The position numbers were made by a program, and so were the translations under genes. A stretch of 64,000 nt of DNA from the human T2T-CHM13v2.0 reference genome, Homo sapiens. Position 1 is the first letter of the stretch; the number at the start of each line of letters is the position of its first letter. Location of the stretch: assembly GCF_009914755.1 (NCBI RefSeq), contig NC_060945.1, one strand, 5' to 3'. The notes beneath the pieces are model-generated. The model did no database searches. It saw only the letters and a program-made list of their open reading frames with translations, and was not told the origin of the DNA. This document shows positions 18,367-32,690 of the stretch, one piece after another.

Positions 18367-18544
18367 TAGCACTCAGCAACAAAAAGGGAGGAAGTACTGA
18401 CGTGTGGACTTCAGGATAATTCTGCCAAACGAAAGATGTCAGATGAAAAAGTCTACACAGTATAATCCCGTGTATCCAGAATCCTACAGCAAACTCACCA
18501 ACAGTGGCAGGAAGCAGACCTGCGCTTGCTGTAGATGCAGGACA

Positions 18545-18780
18545 GGTAGGAGGGAGGAAGGAGAGGACAGAGGGAGGAGAGGACAGAGGCAGGAGGGAGG
18601 GGAGGAGGGAGGGGAGAAGGGAGGTGAAAGGGAGGAGGGAGGGGAAAATGGAGGAGAAAGGGAGGAGGGAGGGGAGGAGGGATGAGAAAGGGAGGACAGA
18701 GGGAGGGGAGGAGGGAGGGGAGGGGAAGGAAGGGGGAGGAGAGAGGGGAGGGAGGGACCACGAGAGGTGGGAGGGAACGC
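18545..18780 (+). repeat. GA-rich polypurine tract within an old L1ME-like 3' fragment
   Basis: Almost pure G/A (GGGAGGA/GGAG motifs) over ~230 bp. Confidence 0.9.
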
Positions 18781-20039
18781 TGAGAGCCACAGAGATGGGT
18801 TCGGGTGTCGTGTCAAAACTCAACACGCTGTGCACTTTAAACACGGGCAGCTTTAACTACATGTAATTGTGTATCAATTATGCCTCACTGAAGCTGGAGG
18901 AAAAAACAGAAGACAATGGAAAAGTCAGAGTAAAGAGAATTCACTTACGAAATGCCAACCGTTTAAAAATACTCCACACCGAACATGATGAGCCTTTTCC
19001 ATTATTAATGCCTCAGGGAGAAATCAAAGTCCGAGCCGCAGCTATCCCTGCTATTCTCAAATTAGGAGAAATCACCGTGTCCTACTTGACTTCAGGGTGG
19101 GTGGCGGGCGTTCCCGCGGCAGCTGCAGCCTCGCAGTGCCTGCGTGAGCCGTGCTCCGCTGCGCCCCGGGCAGCTCCGCTCCGACCCACGCACCGCAGGT
19201 TGCTTATATACTTGTGCATGTTAGTTTGGACTTTGAGGGGTGCTTGCTTTATTTTATGTTAAGGTGCAGTTTACAGGCAGTAAAATGCATCCATTGTAAC
19301 TTTACAGCACAGTAGAGCTCACACATATATGCGCTCATGTGACTGACCCCCTGAGCAAAATATGGAGCATTTCCATCTCCCAGGAAGTCCCCTCCTGCCC
19401 CTTCCCAGGCAACGGTTCCCCACCCTACCCCTACCAGACACTCACAGCCTGATTTCTAGCTTGGCGATTCGTTTTTCCTTTCTCAAGCGTCGAATAAACT
19501 GGAGTCCCTCGGTGTGTCCTGTGCTATAGAATCTGACTGTTCCACTCCATCTGAGCTTTGAGACTTGGACAGTGTTTGTGCCTACCACAGTACTCTTTCC
19601 CTTTCCCCCGGGTTGTACCCCACCCCGTGCGTGGACCCTGATTTGCGTGGACCCTGATTTGCGTATCCATTCTCCTCTTGCTAAATGCTGGCACTGTTTC
19701 CAGTTCGGGGTGTAATGCACCAGGATCCTGTGAAGACTCAAGACTTGTTGTGGACAGATGCCTCCATCTCTTGGGCACACACCTAGAAGGAGCATTGCTG
19801 GGCCATAGGGTGGACATACGTTTAGCTTTATTAGAAATTGTCAAAATGATTTTCAAAGTGATTGTACCGTTCACACTCCCACAGCAACATACAGAACTTC
19901 CTACTGCTCCCCGTCCTCGCCGGCTGACGCTTGGTATTGTCAGTCTTTTTAATGTTCGTCATCCTGGTGGGGGTGTGGTGGTATCTCACTGTGGTGTTAA
20001 TTTGCATTCCTCTGATGAATGCTGATTCTGTGCACGTGT

Positions 20040-21078
20040 TCAATGCTTAGAACTGCCCGGATACCCTCTCCTGTGAAGCACCTGCTCAAGGCACTGTCAA
20101 TGTTTAGGGCTGCCCGGATACCCCCTCCTGTGAAGCACCTGCTCAAGGCACTGTCAATGTTTAGGGCTGCCCGGATACCCCCTCCTGTGAAGCACCTGCT
20201 CAAGGCACTGTCAATGTTTAGGGCTGCCCGGATACCCCCTCCTGTGAAGCACCTGCTCAAGGCATGTCAATGTTTAGGGCTGCCCAGATACCCCCTCCTG
20301 TGAAGCACCTGTTCAAGGCACTGTCAATGTTTAGGGCTGCCCGGATACCCCCTCCTGTGAAGCACCTGCTCAAGGCACTGTCAATGCTTTAGGGCTGCCC
20401 GGATACCCCCTCCTGTGAAGCACCTGCTCAAGGCACTGTCAATGCTTTAGGGCTGCCCGGATACCCCCTCCTGTGAAGCACCTGCTCAAGGCACTGTCAA
20501 TGCTTTAGGGCTGCCTGGATACCCCCTCCTGTGAAGCACCTGCTCAAGGCACTGTCAATGCTTTAGGACTGCCCGGATACCCCCTCCTGTGAAGCACCTG
20601 CTCAAGGCACAGTCAATGCTTAGGACTGCCCAGATACCCTCTCCTGTGAAGCACCTGCTCAAGGCACTGTCAATGCTTTAGGGCTGCCTGGATACCCTCT
20701 CCTGTGAAGCACCTGCTCAAGGCACTGTCAATGCTTTAGGGCTGCCCGGATACCCCCTCCTGTGAAGCACCTGCTCAAGGCACTGTCAGCGATTTAGGGC
20801 TGCCCGGATACCCCCTCCTGTGAAGCACCTGCTCAAGGCACTGTCAGCGATTTAGGACTGCCCGGATACCCCCTCCTGTGAAGCACCTGCTCAAGGCACT
20901 GTCAATGCTTTAGGACTGCCCGGATACCCCCTCTTGTGAAGCACCTGCTCAAGGCACTGTCAATGCTTAGGGCTGCCCAGATACCCTCTCCTGTGAAGCA
21001 CCTGCTCAAGGCACTATCAATGCTTAGGGCTGCCCGGATACCCTCTCCTGTGAAGCACCTGCTCAAGGCACTGTCAAT
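20040..21078 (+). repeat. 57/58-bp VNTR x18
   Basis: Unit tcaatgtttagggctgcccggataccccctcctgtgaagcacctgctcaaggcactg; 18 copies of tgaagcacc counted. Confidence 0.97.
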
Positions 21079-21249
21079 ACCTTCCTTCGGTTGTTGCTTT
21101 CTTAATTATTTGTAATTCTTTATCTATCTGTACAGAAATCCTCTGCCATATAAATGTATTACAAACATCTTCACCAGATTCTGGCTTGCTCTTTCATTGT
21201 CTTGACGGTGTCTCTTGATGAATTTGTAGTAGATATAGTATTGTCATAG

Positions 21250-21647
<398 letters not shown>

Positions 21648-22249
21648 AAATGTGTCTATTCCATCTTGCATGAAATTGCTTTTAATTTTTATAAAGTCCA
21701 ATTTGTCAGTGTTTAATTGTACATCGGTGGGATTTTTCAGACCTGCCCAAGAAGTCCTCACCAGTGCCTGGTCCAGAGGCATGTCCTGTGGTTTCCTGCA
21801 GAAGTGTCATCGTGTTTGTGCCTCCTTGTGCCCCATCCCCTTTGGATCTATGACCTGCTTCAAATTAGCTTTCATGTGTAGCACAAAAGAAGGGCCAACG
21901 TCCCTTATTTTCCCTATTGACACCCAGTTATTGCAGCAGCACTGAGTGAAAATGCTTCCTCTCTCCAGGCAGGTGGCCGAGTGCCGGGGGGTCTTCACTA
22001 TGAAGTTCTGACGTTAACTGAGGGTTTTCCATGGATATCCTTCACCAGACTGGGGAACCTCCTGCTTCCAGTTTGTTGACAGTTTTTATTGTTAACCAAT
22101 TGAATTTTATAAAATGTTTTTTCTGAATCCATTGAGTTGATCCTATGGTTTTTGTTCTTTATTTTACCAATGACGTTGATTGATTTTTGAATGTCAAAAC
22201 AATCTTGCATTTCTGAGATAGATTTTCTTGGTCTTGGCCTTTTAATTTT

Positions 22250-22552
22250 AATTTAATTTATTTATTTGTCTTCGAGACAGAGTCTTGCTCTGTCACTCAG
22301 GCTGGAGTGCAATGGCAAGATCATGGCTTACTGCAGCCTTGAACTCCCAGGTTCAAGCGATCTTCCCACTCATCCTCCCGAGTAGCTGGGACTGCAGGTA
22401 CGTGCCACCACACCTGGCTAAATTGTAAACATTTTTGTAGAGATGGGATCTTGCTGTGTTGCCTAGGCTGGTCTTGAACTCCTGGGCTCAAGCAATCCTG
22501 CCTTGGACTCCCAAAGTGTTGGGACGACAGGTGTGAGCCACCGCGCCCGGCT
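22250..22552 (-). mobile_element. AluJ element
   Basis: Diverged dimer, actcctgggctcaagc. Confidence 0.9.
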
Positions 22553-23849
22553 ACCTTTTCATATGTCACTGAGTCTGATTTGCTGGAACCGGGTTTAGGA
22601 TTTCCGATCACGGTGCTTTCTGTGGGAACACGGGCAACACTGCATGCATTCTTCATCCTTAAGGGTTTGCTGCAGCTCATCGGTGACTTCTCAGGGCCAG
22701 GAGTTTTCTCTGTGGAATCTGTTTAATTACAGATTAAATTTCTGTAATGGATATAGTATGGCAGTAGCTATGTCAGAGTTTTTATATCTGTGTGTCAATT
22801 TTGATAGGTTATGCTTTTCAAAGAATTTGCGCTTTCATCTGGCATGAAATTGCTCATGAGAGCCTCGTCTTAACCTTCTGGTGCCCGTCAGACCCGCCGG
22901 GTGTCTGCACCCCCCTCTCCTGAGAAAGCAGCCGCCATTGCTCATTTTTCCCCTCTGTGTTTTCTTTATCAATTTTATTGATCATTTCAGAGAACTGGGT
23001 TTCAGTGTTGTTGGCTTTCTCCATTGCACGTCTGCTCTCTCTCACTGATGTCCACGTTTTGCTTTTCCCTTCCGTCTGCTCTCTTTGGGTTTAGTTTCTC
23101 CATCCAGCTTTGGCTCCTCGTGATGGTCCACTGCTCACCTCGTCCCTCTGTCCATCTGCCGGCCTCACTGCCTCTTCACTCCAAAAACGATACGAGATCA
23201 CCACAGTGTTCTCCTGAGAGTCGCAGGCTCTTGTGTAGAGCTGGGGAGAAGCAGCTGGTGTTAGTGAGCGAGCTCGTGCTGGAATGGCAAGTACGTCACT
23301 GTGCAGCACTGGGGAGAGCAGCTCCTGGGCAGCGGGCCCAAGATGTGCATCCCTGTCGGGAGCAGCCTCGGCGCCAGGACGACGCATTGCCCTTCTGAGC
23401 AGGAAGGTAGAGCGGCCGTCTGATGCCCTGAGGTTGCCGTTTCAGGTGACTGGGGGTGTGGGGGAATCTGAGGCTTACAGAGCGTAGGAAGATGACATTC
23501 GAGTTCTTCTCAGACAGTTATTAGCTGGGGACATTTCACACTAGGAGCATCGGACTTTAAATAAACCTGGAAGTGACTCACCCTCAGTCTGGCAGAGGCT
23601 GCCTCCTAAAACCTCCTAGGGCAAAAATGAGATGTAAGTCAGAAGTCTTCGGAATCCCAGGAAGCTTTGGGGTTTGGGTGCATGGCTTGGTTTTTAGGGA
23701 GTGGTGCTGTGCTTCTGTCCCAGACCCCTGGGCTCTCCCAGAAGGGCTCCAAGGAAGAGCAGAGAGAAGGCACTTTCTTCCTCACTCATTCGCACAGATT
23801 CCCTCGGCACCAGCCCAAGACCACTTTCTATGGGATGTTGGAGAAGAAG

Positions 23850-24475
23850 ACACCAGGTCCAGCTGCAGGGCCTGCATGTCCGTTAGGATCTAGAGTGAGA
23901 CCAGGTCCAGCTGGGGGCCTGCGTGTCTGTTAGGATCTAGAGTGAGACCGGTCCAGCTGGGTGGTCTGTGTGTCTGTTAGGATCTAGAGTGAGACCAGGT
24001 CCAGCTGGGGGGCCCGTGTCCGTTAGGATCTAGAGTAAGACCAGGTCCAGCTGGGGGGCCCGTGTGTCTGTTGGGATCTAGAGTGAGACCAGATCTAGCT
24101 GGGTGGCCTGCGTGTCCGTTGGGATCTAGAGTGAGACCAGGTCCAGCTGGGGGCCTGAGTGTCTGTTAGGATCTAGAGTGAGACCGGTCCAGCTGGGTGG
24201 TCTGTGTGTCTGTTAGGATCTAGAGTGAGACCAGGTCCAGCTGGGGGGCCCGTGTCCGTTAGGATCTAGAGTAAGACCAGGTCCAGCTGGGGGGCCCGTG
24301 TGTCTGTTGGGATCTAGAGTGAGACCAGATCTAGCTGGGTGGCCTGCGTGTCCGTTGGGATCTAGAGTGAGACCAGGTCCAGCTGGGGGGCCTGCGTGTC
24401 TGTTAGGATCTAGAGTGAGACCAGGTCCAACTGGGGGGCCTGCGTGTCTGTTAGGATCTACAGAGTGAGAGGACC
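23850..24475 (+). repeat. ~47-bp VNTR x~13 with a duplicated 5-unit block
   Basis: Unit gttaggatctagagtgagaccaggtccagctgggggcctgcgtgtct. Confidence 0.96.
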
Positions 24476-25207
24476 AGAGCTCCTCCTGTGTGGACATGTT
24501 TACTCTCCACCCGTGAGGAAGGAAGAACCCCAGGAACACTCCACATCAGCCTGGCAGGCCGAGTGTAGGAGGGTGCCACGTCACACAAGGTGCACACCAT
24601 GCCTGCTGAGATGGGCAGACCCCGCTGGGCAGAGGCCTGGCCAGCACCCCCACCTGGGGCTTCCCTTTCAACTCAGTTTGAAGTCCTGCAGTTTCCCTGG
24701 GGCTGGGCCAGGATATCTATGGGTCAGTCAGCGTAACTGGTACTGTACATTATGCATGTAACAGGCAAGTGCTTTAGGTTAGTGGGGTAAAGTATGCAAG
24801 AGACAAAGACTAGAAACTGTGACAGAGAGAAAGGGCACCAGCCACAGCAGGAGGTTTCACATGTGGGATTTGAGTCCTGGAAGGGAAGGAATGAGAGTAT
24901 GAGCAGAAGACATATTTAAAGAGGTAACGACTGATGATTATGTAAAACTGATACCAAACCCGAGATTCCAGAAGCCCCACACACACCACGCAGGATAAAC
25001 TAAAAGGAAACGTTTCCTCACCCTCACCTCGAGGGAATATGTGGAAAAAATGAAAGTGAAGCAAAGGACAGTTGAGTGAGGCATTGAGTCTTCTGGCCAA
25101 ATGCCCATCCGCAGAGACCAGCTGAGAGCCAGACCCACCCAGACACGTGTTGTTTGAAACCTCTGAGTTGAGGGGTGGTTCATTATCCAGCAAAAGCCGA
25201 CTGATAA

Positions 25208-25542
<335 letters not shown>

Positions 25543-25645
25543 GACAAAACAAAATTTTCTAAGAAAATATAGTTATGACCTTGAGATACACAAACGACAC
25601 CAAACATAAAGGCAAAGATTGATAAACTGGTAAAGTTAGAATTCA

Positions 25646-26005
<360 letters not shown>

Positions 26006-26019
26006 AAGAAAGTGAACAG

Positions 26020-26790
26020 ACACACCACGGAGTGCAGGGTGGTGTTTGCAGTACGTGCAGCCGTGGAGGTCTTACAGAAGTCCTGCAAATCCAGAAGGGA
26101 AACAGCACAGTGGGAAAGGGGACAGACACATCCAACTTCACCAAAGAGGACATTCAAATGGGTGTTAAAAAGTCAGAGGATGAAAAGCCTCAGGACCCAC
26201 CAAGGAAACACAGGTTAAATCTCAGTCAGATGCCACCACGCGGCAGAATGGCTAAACTATGACATTGTCGATGACCATGTGGAGTGACAAGGACCCCAGC
26301 AGACGGCGGGCGGGAATGTGAACTGGCTCTGCCTCCTTGGAGGGCTGCCTGGCCCCCCGTCGTTAAAGCCAAGCACGTCCACCAGTGCCGATCCAGCAAT
26401 TCATGTCCTAGGTCCATACCATAGACAGGTGCACACGTGTGTGCTCAGACGTGGGAAAACGGGGAACAGCCACAGGCTCACCAGCAGAGGGGAGATAAAT
26501 AAATAGAGATGACACAGTAAGCAGGCGTGGGAACGAGCAGGCTGCAGCTGCACTCGGTGACGGTGACGCAGGTAACCACTGCGTGGGGAGCAGAGGAAAC
26601 GACGCGTGGGAAACTCACCCAGATGAAAAACAGAGCAGCCCCGGGGGGGCAGGGCGGGGCGCCAGGAGGGCTCGTTGATGTCCAGAGTTCTGCTTCTCTG
26701 CCAGGCGTTGTGGTAACTTGCTAGCCATCCCCTTCTGCTCTGTGCACTTCTCTGTATGTAACACTGTAACGAAAGTTAAAGAATAAAGAG
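26020..26790 (+). mobile_element. Degenerate old L1 (L1ME-like) 3' region
   Basis: cttcaccaaagaggacattcaaatgg, gatccagcaattc..., GC-shifted relative to recalled L1 3' sequence. Confidence 0.55.
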
Positions 26791-26798
26791 TGCAGACA

Positions 26799-27168
<370 letters not shown>

Positions 27169-27180
27169 TCATGGAACACC

Positions 27181-27295
27181 ACAGAGCCTCCCCCAGTCAC
27201 CCCACTCCTGCACTGTCCCGAAATGAGGACAATGACATAACAGAGCCTCTCCCCCAGTCACCCCACTCCTGCACTGTCCCGAAATGAGGACAATG
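27181..27295 (+). repeat. 59-bp tandem duplication
   Basis: acagagcctc..ccccagtcaccccactcctgcactgtcccgaaatgaggacaatg occurs twice. Confidence 0.92.
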
Positions 27296-30279
27296 CGTGT
27301 ATTCCAAAGTTACTCATACTAACGGGCACCACTGCAGAACACACGTGTCTGGCATTTCTCATGACACGGTCTGCACATCCCCCACCTCCCAGCAGCCCCA
27401 GTCGGCAGACCCCGTCCCCGCTGGCCTCCCCAGTCCCTTCTGCCCCTCAGGACTTGCACTGCCGAGTCTGTCCCAGGCCAGGCGGAGGGTGGTGAGGACC
27501 ACATGGCAGCTGTGCCCCAGCCAACAGCTGCCTCGTCCTGGATAAGCTGGCTGCCCTGCGCATACTGACCGTATGCACCACAGGCTGCCCAGGAGCCCGC
27601 GTCTGCCTCACCCACCCAGAGGAGCCAAGTCTCTGCTGAAAATGCCCCCTCGTCACCTTTCCCACACAGGATCCCGGTTTCCCACCAGCCCCTCCCCGCC
27701 GGGCTCCCGGCCGAGATCCACGCCTACCCACAGTTTTCTGTGCATGCCAGGTCACCTTAAAGGATGCTGAGTGTCACGAGGCTTCAAAGAAGCTGAATAT
27801 TTAAACTATATTTACATCACATTTTTAAATGGTTAAGACGTTATTAAAGTTTTGGTATTTAGAATGAGTTTTGGTTTCTGTAAGTTATCTACATGGGTGC
27901 AAAATGCCTTGGGCAGAGGTAACCAGACCCATGTCCCACGAGGCATCATCCTGGCTGTGTGGTCTTGGGCAGGTCACTCCCTCCTGATGTCTAGTGGCCC
28001 GGGGGTCTCTGCCCTTTCCCATCAGGGCCTGCAGACATGGCTAGTGAGGGTGGGTCACGGGGGGTGGGTTCCTCCAGGAAGGTGGCTGCTGGGGACATGG
28101 AGCTCTGGACCACCATTGGTGTTCCTAGAATCATTGCTCCATCAGCTCAGCGGACCAGGGGGCGGACATGCACACACATCCTCTGCACAGGGCATCAGCC
28201 CAGGGTGGGCTCCCCAGCAGGGTCTGCACGCACTCCACTCCCCGCTGCAGCCCCAGGGCCAGGACGTGGCTTTGTCCTCCTGTGGATTCTGTGCTCATCT
28301 GGGGCACCCCATATGGATGAGAGATGAGGGCACTTAATGAGGCCTCACAGCAGTGCAGAGAATGCTGTGAGAACCAGCCTTGGTGACCCTGACCCATGGG
28401 AAGGAGCCGCAGGGTCTGCCCCACTCTTACTCCTCACCCTCCCACAAGCAGAAGCCTGCAGCGATGGCAGAGGCGGTGCTTCTGCAGGCCCTGGGGCAGC
28501 CACTCCCTCTGCCCGGGCCTCTCCTCCTTTCTCCCTGTTCCCCTGCTCTGCTCTGCCTCTCTGCTTCCCCGCTTTTCTTCACTCTTCTCCACAAGGTTTT
28601 TTCAAGAGCCTGCTGGACACCTGGCGCTGTGGTTTAACCAGAGCCACAGAGGTGTGTGCTGGAGATGGGAAAGTGGAGGAGGAAGCTTTTGGACAGGAAG
28701 GTTGCCCCGGGCCAGCTCCCTCTGCTGCTCAGCCCGGCTGCTCGCTGGACAGCCAGCAGCCAGCGCTCAGGTCTGCTTAAAGCACCTTCCACAGCCTGCA
28801 ATGCCATTTGGTTCTCACAGTCACCTTGAGACCAAGGCAGGACGTGGATGTCCTTGTCTTGCATGTAGAGAGAGAAACGGAGGCCCAGAGACAGTGGGTG
28901 CTGAGCGAGGCAGCTGGAGGTGCTCATGTAGGGGAGTGTCCACCCAGGCAAACCTGAACCCTGACTTGGGAGAGTGTGCGTGCCTGGGAGGAGAAGGACA
29001 AGGAGTTTTGAGGTCCCACTCCTGGACTTGGGATATCACTGACCCAGGGATGTCTATAACTCTTAACAAAAACAGTGCAATTATACCCACAAGGTAAGAA
29101 TTATCTTATGTAGGCCACCGAGCAGACTCAAGTTTCAACCCCGAGGTGGTGTCCGGGCCATCCTGAGGGCTCAGCAGCCTCATCTGAACAGCCTGGCCTT
29201 CCTTCTGTAACTTCTCCCAGAAGCAGGTCACTCGGAGGGGGACAGATTTCCCATCACTCAGGAAATAAATGTCTTTGCTTTGTAAAATCACTCTCAAGCA
29301 AAGTATGTGCTGGGAGCTTAAAGAGAAAAAATAAGCTTAAGCCAAATACTTTGGTTTCCAGTGACAGGCAGCAGGAAGTACAATGCCCTGCGTCTCGAGG
29401 ACCAAGGCTTTAATCCGAAGCCTCCCCGCACGGAGATATAAACTCTCAGGAAGGATCAGTCACTTCATCCTCGTCAGAATCTTCCCCAGATTTTTCTCCC
29501 TTGAACATTTTAATGCCCAGCTTTGTCCAAGATGAGTGTCGTTTGTCACGGAAAGTGACGCAACGTGGCAGGGTGCCAGGGCGCCGGGGGTTACTGGCTC
29601 TGCGAGGAGTCCTGGGGGCCTCACATCCTGGGAAGGGCGTCACAGGACATTACAGGGTGCAGCTGTAACACTGAGCTGATAATCCAAGGGCTTATGGGGA
29701 CCTGTCCTAGCTTTGGACTGATTAAAATTCTGCTTTTAAAGTGCTTTAAAGGAGCAGGGGCATCTGGGGGTGTGTGGCTTATTTTGCTGTTTCTTTTGCT
29801 TGTAAGTAAAATGTGGTAATGTTCCTGGAACAGTGCTCTCAGCAAGGTGATCAGGTGACCAAGGTGACCAGATGGCTGGGAGTGGGCAGGGGTCCGGGGA
29901 TGGGAGCTGGGTAGCCTCCTCTCCTTGGAAACCAAGGTCACCAGCCTCACAGATGCCACTATCCAATTTCCCTTCAGTTCTTGGGGACTGTGAGCCGTGT
30001 GGACGGGACCCCGCATTACACATCCTTGTCTTCCCAGGGCTCGGTGCCTGGGAGGTGCTTCAGGGTCTTTGCTGAGTCAGTGAGAGGTAACGTCCCTTCT
30101 CATTCCCTCAAGCCCCCTCACAGGCTCTCCGTGGACCAAGGGCTTGTGAACTGGGAAGCAGGGTACCCATGTAGTTTTGGTGTTTCTCTTCCCAGGCAGG
30201 GCCCCAGGCACGAAAGCTGCCCCTGGGCTGGCAGCAGAGGCTGCAGCATTGACCAGCATTGTAGTGACTCAGCAAAGCT

Positions 30280-31552
30280 ACTTGTTTCAGTTACCAGGAT
30301 TGGGTAACCAGCAGCCCAACACCTAGTGGCTTAGAGCAATGGCAATGGTGTGTATTCTTGTCTGTGTTGGTTCTGTGTTGGCAGGGCTCAGCTGGCCGGC
30401 TCTTGTGTGCACTGAATGGTGCTGGGGAACCTCGGAGGCTTGTTCACCTGTGCCTGGGACTGGAACTCTAACTGCCCAGTGGGTTCACCTTGCCCACTGC
30501 CTAGACAGAGCTGATTTATCAAGACAGGGGAATTCCAATGGAGAAAGAGTAACACACAGAGCTGACTGTGCAGGAGACCCGAGATTCATTATTGCTCAAA
30601 TCTGTCTCCCCGAGCATTCAGGGATCGGAGTTTTTAAAGATAATTTGGCAAGTAGGGGCTTATGAAGAGAAAAGTGCTGATTGGTCAGGCTGGAGATGGA
30701 ATCATAGGGGGTCAAAGTGAGTTTTTCTTGCTGTCTTCTGTTTCTGGGTGTGATGGCAGAACTGGCTGATCCAGATGACCGGTCGGGTAGTGTCAGCTGA
30801 TCCATCAAGTGCAGGGTCTGCAGAATACCTCATGCACTGATCTTAGGTTTTACGATAGTGATGTTATCCCCAGGATCAATGTGGGGAGGTTCAGACTCTT
30901 GCAGCCAGAGGCTGCATGTCCCCCTAAACCATAATTTCTAATCTTGTAGCTAATTTGTTAGTCCTGCAAAGGCAGACTGGTCCCAAGGCAAGAAGGGGGT
31001 CCTCTCAGGAAAGGGCTATTATCAATTTTGTTTCAGAGTCAAACCATAAACTAAATTCCTTCCCTAGGTTAGCTCAGCCTACACCCAGGAATGAACAAGA
31101 GCAGCTTAAGGACTAGAAGCAAGATGCAGTTGGTGGGGTCTGACCTCTTTCACTGTCATCATTTCCTCAGTTATAATTTTTGCAAAGGCGGTTTTAGAAC
31201 AACCAGGTCCTGTGGAGCCCCATCTACCTCCACTAGGTCTCCAGCCTGGCTCACTTCAGGCTAGTGGATGTTTTACATGGCAGCTCGGGGCTCCAGAGGG
31301 ATTAGCCCCTGAGAGACAGAGCCAGGAAAAAGCTGAATTGTGTTTTCTAGCCTGACCTCAGAAGTCACAGGGCATCACCCACTCCATCTTCTGAATTGAA
31401 ACGGCCCACAAGTCCAGTCAGGGTCAAGGGGAGCGGACACAGGCCTTGCCTCTTCGTGGGCCAGTAGCAAGTTCTGGAAGGATGTATGGGCAGGACATCT
31501 ATGCCAGGAAACACTGCATTTTTGGAAAATACGAGCTGCCACGTTCCTCTAA
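30280..31552 (-). mobile_element. MLT1 (F/H-like) LTR split by an LTR8 insertion
   Basis: ctagtggcttag...ggctcagctgg on the left; cctcagaagtcacag...ggtcaaggggag...tttggaaaatac..ctgccac on the right. Confidence 0.65.
30467..31196 (-). mobile_element. LTR8 (ERV1) solo LTR
   Basis: Reverse complement begins taaaaccgcctttgcaaaaattataactgagg; 4-bp TSD GAAC (30463-30466 / 31197-31200). Confidence 0.9.
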
Positions 31553-31954
31553 TGCCTCCATGCCTCATTTTCCTCATCTCTGCCATTGGGAGAATGATGA
31601 ATACTGATTTGTAGGTCAGACAGTTGAACAGTGGCAAGTTCATACAGTTCAACCTCATCAGAATTGCAGCCTTTATATAGCAATTGCCATGTGCTGGGCA
31701 CTAATGATTTATGTCTGTTTGCTCATCCTCTGACCAGCCCCAGAGAGGGACTGTTATTATCCGTGTTTTCCAGTTGGGGGCCCGGGCAGGGCTTTACTTT
31801 GTACGTTCATTGTGGGAATGAATGAACAAAAACAGCTTCTGGATGAAACTCCTGGCCGACTGCACCTTCTTCTCTGCTGCTTCCGATTTCTCCTCGGCAT
31901 TTTATGTATTTTTTAGCTCTTTAAATTTTTTTTTTCCTAATTCTTCAGCTTGAT

Positions 31955-32690
31955 GAGTGGTCTTTAAACTTTTTTTGGTCATCCAGCTCATCAGTAAAAA
32001 GCATCTGAGCAAATTTCCCCAAATATATGTAATCCAATTAAAAATACACTAAAAACATGCACAAACATGAGAAAGGATGAGATAAAATGAAATAAACAAT
32101 ATTTCCAAATGTTTCACTTATTATTAAAAACATTGTGTACTCAATTTAACATTTTACTAATGTAAAATTAATAATCATAATTCTATTTAGTGAATTAATG
32201 TCGGCTTCCTTAAATGCCTTGATTTAGCACGCTGTGAAACTGCGATTTCAAGAGTCTGGTCTAACACTAGCTTGTTTGAATAGTTGGCTATTATAGCTAA
32301 AAAGAACACCTCAAAAATTTGCAAATTCAAATTAAAAAGTGGATTGTTGGCTGCATGTACAGAATCATAATATTCTTGGTTTCACCCCATCTATCAATTA
32401 TGCACCAGCTTTTGGTGAAATTCAGCTGGTAAATTTCCGTCTTCCCTGATACCAATCCCCGTTCTTGCAAACTAATTGGAAAGAGTTGCATTCATATATT
32501 TTTAACAAATGGCTTCAAGCCTCACTGAAACCTTTGATTTAGAATACTTTTTTTTAACAGGTTAGAGAAAACATTTCTATATTTTAAGGATGAGCAAATA
32601 TGAGAGTTGTTACAGGTGACAAGTTTAACAGGTTTTGGCAAGAAGGTCACATGACATTCAGAAACCGTTCCAAATGTCTGCTTCCCCAGC
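31955..32690 (-). mobile_element. hAT-Charlie (Charlie7-like) DNA transposon fossil with transposase C-terminal remnant
   Basis: Manual minus-strand translation ~32460-32200: IREDGNLPAEFHQKLVHN**MG*NQEYYDSV...FEVFFLAI...YSNKLVLDQTLEIAVSQ, resembling the hAT dimerisation domain. Confidence 0.75.
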
